NCBI GenBank assembly: GCA_014728245.1
Contig: WJLY01000009.1
Span: forward strand, 1 to 37,152
DNA length: 37,152 bases
Source: Candidatus Effluviviaceae Genus IV sp.
Lineage (GTDB): Bacteria; Joyebacterota; Joyebacteria; Joyebacterales; Joyebacteraceae
Direction: 5' to 3'
Shown: piece after piece, positions 1 to 7,325 of the stretch
Layout of the letters: the number at the start of each line of letters is the position of its first letter
How positions within the stretch are numbered: the first letter of the stretch is position 1
The notes under the pieces: generated by a model
The model's database searches: none
What the model was told of the DNA's origin: nothing
What the model saw: only the letters and a program-made list of their open reading frames with translations
Position numbers and translations under genes: made by a program

Positions 1-920
1 ACGTTTATCAGATTCAGTTCCGTCAGATTAGACCAGGCCGACACGACTCCCGTTGGCCCCAGCGCCACGAACGGCGCGCCGACGGCAAAGACCAAAAGGT
101 TGAAGCTGTTGCTTCCCATGAGCGTGCCGAGCGCCATGTCCGGAGAGTCGGTCGATCGGATGGCGGAGAACGCGACCGTTACCTCCGGTAGCGACGTCGC
201 TATGGCCACGAGAAGCGTTCCGACGAACGTCTCTCCCAGGACCAGCGGCCCGCCCGCCGTCACAAACTCGTGCGTCGCGATCCGCTTGGCCGACCAGGAG
301 ACCACGACGCCCGCCAGCACCACGAGCGCGGACATCGCAAGGAACGCCAAGATGTCTCCACGAGTGGCGTGAGCCGCCGGCAGCCGTGCCTCATCCGCCC
401 GCTCGCCGGGCATGGCCGAATCGGATGTCTCGGGCGGCTCGACTCCGCCTGTCCTCGACTCGAGCACGAAGAGCGCCGCTATGGGCAGAGAGAAGGCGAG
501 AAGTGAAAGGGCGCCCGGCATCGCGGGGCCGGCCACCACACCGAGGCCGGCGAGAACGGTCGAAGCGCTGAGCAGGAGGCCGGTCCTCACGTAGCGCGAG
601 ACGTGCGCCCTCAGGAAGAGCCCGCCGCCGTAGAGCAGCGAAAGGAGCCCCGCGGTCGCGAAGTTGAAGTTGTTGCTTCCCAGAACGTTCGCGAACGCCA
701 GGTTCGGGGCCTCCAGGCGCATGGCCGAGATCGTGACCGCCAGCTCAGGCAGAGACGTGATGACCGCAAGCCCGAAGAGCCCCACGGAGGACTCTAGGAC
801 CCCAAACCGCCAGGCTATCTTCTTGCCAAGCGACGGGAGCTTCGCCCCTGCGAGAAGGATCACTGCCGTGCCTGCGCAGAACGCCGTGAACCAGACGAGC
901 GGAAGGTCGTTGAGAGCCAT
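1..920 (-). CDS. CaCA-family cation/Ca2+ exchanger (YrbG-like); 3' end runs off the left edge of the window
   Basis: Absent from the ORF track because its stop lies outside the window. My minus-strand translation from ATG at 918-920 (AGGGGAG just upstream) gives MALNDLPLVWFTAFCAGTAVILLAGAKLPSLGKK... and stays open to position 1 (the 2 leftover nt agree with the frame). It contains two CaCA alpha-repeat signatures (ITSLPELAV...GSNNFN and ATSLPEVTV...GSNSFN) within hydrophobic TM-like segments. Confidence 0.8.
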   Translation of the reverse strand, partial: MALNDLPLVWFTAFCAGTAVILLAGAKLPSLGKKIAWRFGVLESSVGLFGLAVITSLPELAVTISAMRLEAPNLAFANVLGSNNFNFATAGLLSLLYGGGLFLRAHVSRYVRTGLLLSASTVLAGLGVVAGPAMPGALSLLAFSLPIAALFVLESRTGGVEPPETSDSAMPGERADEARLPAAHATRGDILAFLAMSALVVLAGVVVSWSAKRIATHEFVTAGGPLVLGETFVGTLLVAIATSLPEVTVAFSAIRSTDSPDMALGTLMGSNSFNLLVFAVGAPFVALGPTGVVSAWSNLTELNLIN

Positions 921-956
921 GAACTCCCCTGAACAAGGGCCTGAATGCGTTCTCGC

Positions 957-986
957 AGTATATGGAGGCCCGTTCACAGGTGTCAA
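957..986 (-). promoter_or_regulatory. sigma70-like promoter for the CaCA gene
   Basis: Minus strand reads TTGACA (981-986), an 18-nt spacer, then TATACT (957-962). It lies about 37 nt upstream of the ATG at 920. Confidence 0.45.
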
Positions 987-996
987 CGGAAACGCG

Positions 997-1026
997 ACGG
1001 GCCCCGCGCGAATGCACGGGGCCCGT
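997..1026 (-). terminator. perfect 10-bp GC hairpin, possible second/back-up terminator
   Basis: acgggccccg (997-1006) pairs with cggggcccgt (1017-1026) across a 10-nt loop. On the minus strand it is followed by CGCGTTTCCGTT, only a weak U-tract. It sits between the stronger terminator and the CaCA promoter. Confidence 0.3.
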
Positions 1027-1047
1027 TGGCCCTGCCGCCCGGCCGGC

Positions 1048-1086
1048 AAAAAACCCCCGCCGCGCGGCCGGGCGACCTGCGCGGCG
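1048..1086 (-). terminator. rho-independent terminator after the small LTD gene
   Basis: Minus strand reads CGCCGCGC-13 nt loop-GCGCGGCG followed by GGGGTTTTTTG (plus-strand A6 at 1048-1053). It lies 47 nt downstream of the stop at 1133. Confidence 0.7.
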
Positions 1087-1132
1087 CTTCTGCTTGAGAG
1101 CTCGCCCGCTCCGGGCACGCTCCCGACGCGTG

Positions 1133-1750
1133 TCAGCGGTAGAGCGACTTGATGATGCCCCAGTGGACCGACTCGACGGGCGAGCCCACGTTGGGCGCGC
1201 CCGGCGTAGGCGGCAGGCCGGTCTCCGGGGGATCGAGGGGGTTCAGCTGGTCGAAGACCGCCCAGTCGGGCCCACCGTCGGGCAGGCGCCCGTACGACCT
1301 GTCGTCAGCTACGTCGCTCGACCCGTACTCCTTCTGGTCGATGATGGTCTCGTGATCGGCGGACACGAGAGTGACTACGTCGCCGCCGTTATTGAGCGAC
1401 AGGCCCTGACGCGGGTAGCCGCTCTGGTCCTCCCAGTGATAGGCCTCGTTGCCGAAGACAACCAGCAGATGGCCCGGCTGAATCGTCCCCGTGAACTCGT
1501 ACCTCCAGCTCGAGTCGGACACTGCGTCGCGCAGCCTCCAGCCCGTTATATCGACTGGATCGAGCCCGGCGTTCACGATCTCTACCCACTCATCCTCCAT
1601 CGAGTGGTACTCGTCGTTCCCGTCACTGGGCGACCAGTCCCTGGCCGGGTCGGCCATGACCTCGTTGATGAACACCTGCGCGCCAGCGGGCGAGACGCAG
1701 AGCGCGATAAGCGCGACGAACGCGGACACCAGAGCGGACCGAGTGATCAC
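1133..1750 (-). CDS. secreted lamin-tail-domain (LTD) protein, about 205 aa
   Basis: Shortened from track ORF 1133..1927. A GTG at 1748-1750 is preceded by GGAGGTG and yields a signal peptide (M)ITRSALVSAFVALIALCVSPAGA. LTD hallmarks follow: VFINEVMADP, EWVEIVN, DITGWRL, LSLNNGGDVVTL. The upstream in-frame extension is Arg/Pro-rich and unlike coding sequence. Confidence 0.8.
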   Translation of the reverse strand: MITRSALVSAFVALIALCVSPAGAQVFINEVMADPARDWSPSDGNDEYHSMEDEWVEIVNAGLDPVDITGWRLRDAVSDSSWRYEFTGTIQPGHLLVVFGNEAYHWEDQSGYPRQGLSLNNGGDVVTLVSADHETIIDQKEYGSSDVADDRSYGRLPDGGPDWAVFDQLNPLDPPETGLPPTPGAPNVGSPVESVHWGIIKSLYR

Positions 1751-2015
1751 TTGGTCACCTCCGTCTTGTAGAGTCTTACCGATGATGGCGATTGCGCTGG
1801 CTGCGGGGTGCAATGGGGAGAAACGGGTCCGTTTCGGGGTGGCAGAGGGGTTCTCTCGGGTCCGCCCAAGTCCGGGCGATGGGTTTCGGAGCGCGCTTCC
1901 GTAGACCGTCACCCGGCCGTTGTCCATGAAGTTGACGGAGTCCCGGGGAAACAGACGGAGACAAGCACGAACCGTGCCGGCGTTCGGCTCGGAACGGCGG
2001 CGACCGCCCGGGGCA

Positions 2016-2112
2016 TGTCGGTGAGATCCTGGGGACGCGCCGGTGAGACTCTTTGATGTGTCGTTGAGATCCTCCGACGGGCAGGTGAGATTTTCGGACC
2101 TGCCGAGTGACA
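2016..2112. repeat. phased GGTGAGA boxes (21-22 bp period), also readable as a diverged 43-bp tandem duplication
   Basis: GGTGAGA at 2020-2026, 2042-2048 and 2084-2090; GTTGAGA at 2063-2069; degenerate AGTGACA at 2106-2112. The flanks tgtcggtgagatcct (2016-2030) and tgtcgttgagatcct (2059-2073) are 14/15 identical. Confidence 0.7.
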
Positions 2113-2170
2113 GCCGGAGCCCGGTCGCTGAACTCGCAGAGACGCGCCGGTCCGCAAGCCGACCCGGGGG

Positions 2171-2207
2171 ACAAAGAAGCGGCCCCCGCCAAGATGGCGG
2201 GGGCCGC
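2171..2207 (-). terminator. rho-independent terminator after the 955-aa LTD/OB/CTD gene
   Basis: gcggcccccgcc (2179-2190) pairs with ggcgggggccgc (2196-2207) across a short loop. On the minus strand TTCTTTGT follows. It lies 24 nt downstream of the stop at 2231. Confidence 0.7.
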
Positions 2208-2230
2208 GTTGGGCTCTCTTCGGACCTCCC

Positions 2231-5098
2231 CTACTTCAGGAGGACCATCTTCTTGCTCATCTCCTTCTCGCCGGCGTTCAGGCGGTAGAAGTAGACGCCG
2301 CTGGCGACCCGCTCGCCTGAGTTGGAACGACCGTTCCACTCCACGCTGTGCGGACCGGCGGCCATGTGACCGTCGACCAGCGTGGCAACTCTCCGTCCGG
2401 CCACGTCGTAGATGCTGAGTTCGACGTCGCCCGCCGAGGCCAGGCTGAAGGCGATCCTGGTCTTCGGGTTGAACGGGTTCGGCGAGTTCTGATGCAGGCC
2501 GAGCTTCGCGCTCACGCCGTCAGGCACGTCGACCGGGTTGACAGCGATGTCCTCGTTGCCCCTCGGCTCGATCCTGTAGTCCCCGTAGGCGTAGGCCACG
2601 AGTCCCTTGACGTAGACGTTGTCGCCCTGCACCGGCACGTAGTCGTAGTCGGCGTAGTCGCTGACGCGGCAGGTGTCGGACGCAGCGCCGTTTGTGATCA
2701 TCCACTCTCCGTACCCGACGTCCGCGTCCTCGACCGTGCAGTCCTCGGCGTGCACGTAGACGCTCTCGTACTGCTCACCCGAGACCGTGTTCTGGAGGCT
2801 CGCCGTCGCTATCGATGTCGGCGATATGGCCTCGCTCCGCGGCGGCGTGGCGAGCTGGGCGCAATCGGAGAAGTGGAGGGCCAACTGCGTCTGACCGAAG
2901 TACTCCTGAACCTCGCCGCAGGCCACGATGTAGTCGCCGCGCGAGAAGGTCTTCGAGCCCGACCTGTCGTAGACCAGGATGCCGTTCCAGGCTCCGCTGG
3001 CGTCGGCGATGTAGAACTGGTAGTCGCCGAAGACGCCCGGCTCCGCCGTCACGTAGCCCTCGACGTTGACCGCCAGGGACTCCATGACCGAAGCATCCAG
3101 GTCAGGTCCGACCGCCTGGACGTTCGCGATGTCCTCGATGCCGACGTAGAAGCTGTAGGTCCCGGCGGAGGGCTTCCGCGCGTCCATCGTGGCGTCCTGG
3201 CACTCGACGTAGTAGTAGATGCGGTCCCCGTCGCTGAACGGACCGATCGACGCCGCCCAGGTCTCTTCGACCGCCCTTGTCACCTCGGACATCGCGGTGC
3301 CTGTGAAGGGACCGCTCGGGCTGAGCGACCAGTTGAGAGTCGCGGACGAGATGTCGACGTCGTCCTCGAAGACCGCGCTCACGGTCACGTTTCCGCCCGG
3401 CGCCGGCGGCACCGGCGAGTAGCGCACGTCGCCTACCCTCGGCGGACCGATGATGTCCTCGTCGTATCTGGGCTCGAGCTTGTACTCGTCGTAGCTGTAC
3501 ATCACGATGCCACGGATCTCGTCTATCGCATCCAGCACTTCCGGCTCGTAGGAGTAGTATGCGTAGTCATCGACGTCCGCGTCTACGCCGGAAGAGTCCT
3601 GAATGTGCCACTGGCCGTAGTTGTCAGGGATGAGCGTAACGGTCGCGTCGGTAACGCTCACGAGCTGACTCTCGTACCGCTCGGCGTTGGGCTCGGTCGG
3701 CGCGATGTCGGCCGTGGTCACCGAGGCGTAGCCGTAGTTCGGGTTCCCGGTCGAGTGGACGACCAGCGCCTCCCAGAAGTGCTGCACGATCTCGGTCTGA
3801 CCGTAGTACTCACTGACGGTCCCGCAGATCGTTATGTCGTCGCCCTCGTTGATCTCCCCGTAGTAGCCGGGGGCGTAGCACTGGATACCCTCGTAGAAGC
3901 CGTTCCCCTCGTGGATCCAGAAGCTCGAGTCGGAGAACTCGCCCTTGGCGGCGGTCACGATACCGCGCACGTTCACGGCCTGCCCCACCAGAGGCGACTC
4001 GTCGACGGCCGTCTGGATGTCCGCGATCGTCGTATAGCCGACCGAGAAAGCGTAGGGATCGGCCTGCCCCTCGGCGGGGTAGTTGATGCCGGCGGCCTGG
4101 TCGTCGACCGCGCGCACGTAGTACTCGACCTGTGCGCCGTCGTACAGGTCCGCCATCGGGATGGCCCCCGTGTAGAGCGAATCGGGCGTTGTCGCGAAGA
4201 CTCGCTGCCAGCCCGCACCGTCGACGTTGTAGTAGACCATCACCGAGTCGACGCCGCTGTCGTCCGTCACGACCGCCGAGATCTCGACGTCCGACGTCTC
4301 GACCGGAGGAATCGGGGAATACTGCGGCGAGCGGACCCATGGAGGCGTGTTCGTGGTGTTCATCGCGGCCGGAGTCGGAACCTGCATCGCCCAGTCGACG
4401 TCGCTGTTGTCGGTATCGGTGCCGGCGGAGTCGCGCCCCAGCGTGTTGCCGAGGTACGGAATCCCGGCGAACGCGTTGTCGTCGGCGCCGTCATCGCCCG
4501 TGCAGGGATCGGTCGTGCACTCGTCGGGGTTTACATACTCAACGAGGTCGACCAGCGTAATAAAGGTCGAGGACGTGTAGAGATAGACGACGTCCGCGTT
4601 GCTCGTGCCGCCGCACATTACGCCGTAGCCGTTGCCGCCGACCAGGCCTATCTCGTCACTGTAGTTGGTGGCCGGATCGTCGTTGACGATCGTCATGTTC
4701 GGAACCGCCGCATAGTCGTCGTCGTAGGCGAACGACGGGTCGAACAACTCGAAGTCGGGATCGAAGCCGAAGTTCTCGTAGAAGCCGTCGTCGCCGTCGT
4801 GCGCGTCCTTGGCGACCACGATGTAGCCGCCCGCGGGTATCTCCGTGCCGGCGGGGAAGGTCCAGACATCCTCGCCGCCGCAAAGCTCGTCGAACTCCGT
4901 GCCGGTGAGCGCCCATCCGGCGATGGGGATCGAGCTCGCCGTCGGGTTGTAGAGCTCTATGAACTCCGCCCCGTCGTAGTTGCCGGGCGGGTTCGCATAG
5001 ATCTCGTTTATGACCACGTTGTCCCCGGAAGGACTGGCCACCGCCGTCCCGAAAGCGACAATGAGGACGACCGCGGCGATGAACGGAATCCGGTTCAT
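2231..5098 (-). CDS. secreted modular protein (955 aa): signal peptide, LTD, two copies of an [Ig-like + paired OB-like barrel] module, FlgD-Ig/T9SS-type C-terminal domain
   Basis: ATG at 5096-5098 follows AAGGAGGGAG. Signal peptide is MNRIPFIAAVVLIVAFGTAVA. LTD motifs: VVINEIYANPPG, EFIELYNP, IAGWAL. The C-terminus LHQNSPNPFNPKTRIAFSL...LSIYDVAGRRVATL...WNGR...SGVYFYRL...KKMVLLK is a near-textbook Por_Secre_tail/FlgD_ig pattern. Confidence 0.9.
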   Translation of the reverse strand: MNRIPFIAAVVLIVAFGTAVASPSGDNVVINEIYANPPGNYDGAEFIELYNPTASSIPIAGWALTGTEFDELCGGEDVWTFPAGTEIPAGGYIVVAKDAHDGDDGFYENFGFDPDFELFDPSFAYDDDYAAVPNMTIVNDDPATNYSDEIGLVGGNGYGVMCGGTSNADVVYLYTSSTFITLVDLVEYVNPDECTTDPCTGDDGADDNAFAGIPYLGNTLGRDSAGTDTDNSDVDWAMQVPTPAAMNTTNTPPWVRSPQYSPIPPVETSDVEISAVVTDDSGVDSVMVYYNVDGAGWQRVFATTPDSLYTGAIPMADLYDGAQVEYYVRAVDDQAAGINYPAEGQADPYAFSVGYTTIADIQTAVDESPLVGQAVNVRGIVTAAKGEFSDSSFWIHEGNGFYEGIQCYAPGYYGEINEGDDITICGTVSEYYGQTEIVQHFWEALVVHSTGNPNYGYASVTTADIAPTEPNAERYESQLVSVTDATVTLIPDNYGQWHIQDSSGVDADVDDYAYYSYEPEVLDAIDEIRGIVMYSYDEYKLEPRYDEDIIGPPRVGDVRYSPVPPAPGGNVTVSAVFEDDVDISSATLNWSLSPSGPFTGTAMSEVTRAVEETWAASIGPFSDGDRIYYYVECQDATMDARKPSAGTYSFYVGIEDIANVQAVGPDLDASVMESLAVNVEGYVTAEPGVFGDYQFYIADASGAWNGILVYDRSGSKTFSRGDYIVACGEVQEYFGQTQLALHFSDCAQLATPPRSEAISPTSIATASLQNTVSGEQYESVYVHAEDCTVEDADVGYGEWMITNGAASDTCRVSDYADYDYVPVQGDNVYVKGLVAYAYGDYRIEPRGNEDIAVNPVDVPDGVSAKLGLHQNSPNPFNPKTRIAFSLASAGDVELSIYDVAGRRVATLVDGHMAAGPHSVEWNGRSNSGERVASGVYFYRLNAGEKEMSKKMVLLK

Positions 5099-5285
5099 GT
5101 GAACTCCCTCCTTGGCTGCTGCTCCTCTCGTGCCGTTACCCTTCTTCATGAACCCGTGTTGATCGTGCCTCCTGTGCCCCCCTTTGTCTATGAGTGCACT
5201 CCTCCGTTACGCAACCGGCTCTCGTAAGACCCGCTGCGGAGTCCGCGACGTCGTTGCGCAAGAGGGCATGTTTTCCAGCATTGCG

Positions 5286-5314
5286 ATTATATCATATTCA
5301 ATCTGACTTGTCCA
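5286..5314 (-). promoter_or_regulatory. near-consensus sigma70 promoter for the 955-aa gene
   Basis: Minus strand reads TGGACA (5309-5314), a 17-nt spacer, then TATAAT (5286-5291). It lies in the most AT-rich patch I noticed by eye (about 5268-5318). The implied leader to the ATG at 5098 is about 180 nt. Confidence 0.55.
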
Positions 5315-5343
5315 GCTCCACACCTGAGTACCCGAAAGCATGA

Positions 5344-5371
5344 GCCCCGGCGGACTTCTGTCCCCCGGGGC
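5344..5371 (-). terminator. candidate terminator hairpin after the 5'-nucleotidase gene
   Basis: gccccgg (5344-5350) pairs with ccggggc (5365-5371). On the minus strand TCATGCTTTCGGG follows, a weak U-tract. It lies upstream of the 5286-5314 promoter. Confidence 0.3.
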
Positions 5372-5476
5372 CCACGGTCAGCATCGCTCTCTGCGAACCG
5401 CTCGCGAAATGCGGCGTCAGACGCTGCCGCCGGTGCCGTCCACGCCTGCCCCCGGCCACCTGTCCGGTCCGCCATG

Positions 5477-7231
5477 CTACTGATACGGGCCTGCGGATTC
5501 GTCTCCCGGCGGCTTCAGGGGCTCCATGCCCTCCATCGCTTCCTTGAGCTCCGGCGACTTCTCGGCGGTGTCGTCTCTGACCCACCGCCCGTCCAGAACG
5601 CCCTTCACGGGCGAATGGCGCTCAATGTAGTGGATCACCGCGTCGCGCATCGTCGTAGACGAGCGCATCTTCTTGTCTTCCGGCACATTCGGTAGCATGT
5701 AGAGTCCCGCGTTGCCAGACGCCAGGAAGTCGCTCGTCACGACACGGTAGGTCTTGTCAGGCTGCCACTGCTCGCCGCCCACGGTGAATTGCGTGATCCG
5801 GTCGTAATCGGGCCGCGTCTTGTTGTAGACGATCTCCCCACCCGACATGTAGACACCGTGATGGTCCGCGCTCACGCGGTACTCGATGACTTCTTTAAGG
5901 AGCCGCCCGTCCATCTCGAAGACCATGATGCTGTTGCCGAACGGCAGAACCTTGAAGACGTCGCGGGGAGTGATGGGCCCCGCGGGGATCTGGTCGCGGA
6001 TTCCGCCGAGGTTCGTGAAGGCGAAGTCGGCCGACATCTCTTCCCGCATCGCGTCGCACACGAGGTTGCCCATCCGCGTCTCGCCCTCGCCGCCTCGCGT
6101 CAGGTCGTTGGCCGCCTGGCCGATCACGCGGTCCATGCCGGCCTCGGCCTCATCGACCATGGCGTTCACCATCTCCGCCGTTTCGGGATCCGGCCACCAC
6201 TCGTCCTCGAAAAGGGTAATCAGGTCCCCTCTGTAGCTCGGAAGCTCGTACCCGGCGAGCGACTTCGTGTCGGGATCGATCAGGAGCATGATGTGGCCGA
6301 CGCCGGAGCCCCGTCCGTATGTCTGGAAGCACATCGTGTGGTTGGTGGGGTCTATCCACGGCTCGTCGTAGCCCACGTGGATGTGCCCGCCGAAGAAGGC
6401 GTCGATGCCGGAGACCTCGTGGGTGATCTTCATCACGTTCGGCCCCCACTTGCTCTCCTCCAGAGGTTCCCGTACCTCTTCGGCCTCTCGCTCCTCTTCC
6501 TCCTCGATCATCTTCCAGTATGCTTCCTCGCGTTCGTAGGGCAGCCCCATGTGGCCGGAGACGAACACGATGTCGACGCCCTTCTCTCGCAGCTCCCGGA
6601 CATACTTCCTGGCCGTCTCGATCTCCGGGAGGAACTCGATGGGCTCGACGTGCTTGGGAAAGGCCATCTTCGGCGTGTCGGTCGTCGTGAGTCCGATGAT
6701 CCCGACCTTGACGCCTCCGAACTCCTTGATGAGGTAGGGTTCCACGAGCTCAACGGGCTCCCCGCTTTCGGCCCACACCAGGTTGGCGGAGAGAACCGGC
6801 ATCTCCGACATCTCGATCAGGTGCCAGAGGTTCTCGGCGCCCTCGTCGAACTCGTGGTTGCCGACCGTCCACAGGTCGACACCGACGTGGTTGAAGAACT
6901 CGACGACCGTCTCGCCGTCCTTGTAGTTCCCCACCGGCGTACCCTGGAAGATGTCGCCCTGGTCCATCACCAGAACGTAGTGGTTGTCGCTCTCTGCCGC
7001 CTCGTCGCGCACCCTCTCTATGTAGGTAGCCGCCGAAGCGCCCCCGCCCAGCGGCGGAGGGAACTCCCTATTCATGAAGGTCGCGCCGCTCGGGTCGATG
7101 CCGCCGTGGATGTCGTTGGTGAAGATCACGGACAGCCGAATGAGATCGCCGTCCGCCTCGGCCGCATGCGACCCGCCGGCCGCCACGAGAAGCGCCGCGG
7201 CGACCGCCAGTATCAGAATTCTGAGTCTCAT
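5477..7231 (-). CDS. secreted 5'-nucleotidase / 2',3'-cyclic phosphodiesterase family (UshA-like; calcineurin-like phosphoesterase + 5'-nucleotidase C-terminal domain)
   Basis: Metallophosphoesterase motifs: TNDIHGG, DQGDIFQG, GNHEFDEG, SGHMG, GGHIHVG. C-terminal substrate-domain motifs: FTNLGGIR, FKVLPFGNS. Preferred start is ATG 7229-7231 after GGGGGAAGAG, giving the signal peptide MRLRILILAVAAALLVAAGGSHA. The track start at 7252 is the alternative. Confidence 0.9.
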   Translation of the reverse strand: MRLRILILAVAAALLVAAGGSHAAEADGDLIRLSVIFTNDIHGGIDPSGATFMNREFPPPLGGGASAATYIERVRDEAAESDNHYVLVMDQGDIFQGTPVGNYKDGETVVEFFNHVGVDLWTVGNHEFDEGAENLWHLIEMSEMPVLSANLVWAESGEPVELVEPYLIKEFGGVKVGIIGLTTTDTPKMAFPKHVEPIEFLPEIETARKYVRELREKGVDIVFVSGHMGLPYEREEAYWKMIEEEEEREAEEVREPLEESKWGPNVMKITHEVSGIDAFFGGHIHVGYDEPWIDPTNHTMCFQTYGRGSGVGHIMLLIDPDTKSLAGYELPSYRGDLITLFEDEWWPDPETAEMVNAMVDEAEAGMDRVIGQAANDLTRGGEGETRMGNLVCDAMREEMSADFAFTNLGGIRDQIPAGPITPRDVFKVLPFGNSIMVFEMDGRLLKEVIEYRVSADHHGVYMSGGEIVYNKTRPDYDRITQFTVGGEQWQPDKTYRVVTSDFLASGNAGLYMLPNVPEDKKMRSSTTMRDAVIHYIERHSPVKGVLDGRWVRDDTAEKSPELKEAMEGMEPLKPPGDESAGPYQ

Positions 7232-7325
7232 CTCTTCCCCCTGTCTTCGCATCTGCCGCCGCGCTTGCCGGAGGCCGAGCCCGGGGGAGGCAACTCTCTG
7301 CCCCGGAAGACGGCAGTCCCTGTCG

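Noticed and set aside
100-1152. Two plus-strand ORFs (100..372 and 664..1152) with strikingly similar N-termini (MKLLLPMSVPSAMSGESVDRMAENATVTSGSDV / MKLLLPRTFANARFGASRRMAEIVTASSGRDV)
   Set aside because: The similarity is the antisense image of the two internally duplicated CaCA alpha-repeats (GSN.FN...SLPE) of the minus-strand exchanger gene. It is not a pair of real paralogous genes.
1776-2339. Minus-strand ORFs in the long spacer (1776..2339, 1909..2157) and plus-strand ORFs 1808..2056 and 2043..2288
   Set aside because: The translations are Arg/Pro/Gly/Ser-rich with no hydrophobic core, motif or SD. One runs through a terminator hairpin and into the neighbouring gene. I treat the region as non-coding.
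2348-5227. 959-aa plus-strand ORF, one of the longest in the track
   Set aside because: It is fully antisense to the well-supported 955-aa LTD/OB/CTD gene. The translation is a low-complexity R/V/D/G/H mix with no motif, signal or SD. Long stop-free antisense frames are expected in GC-rich coding DNA.
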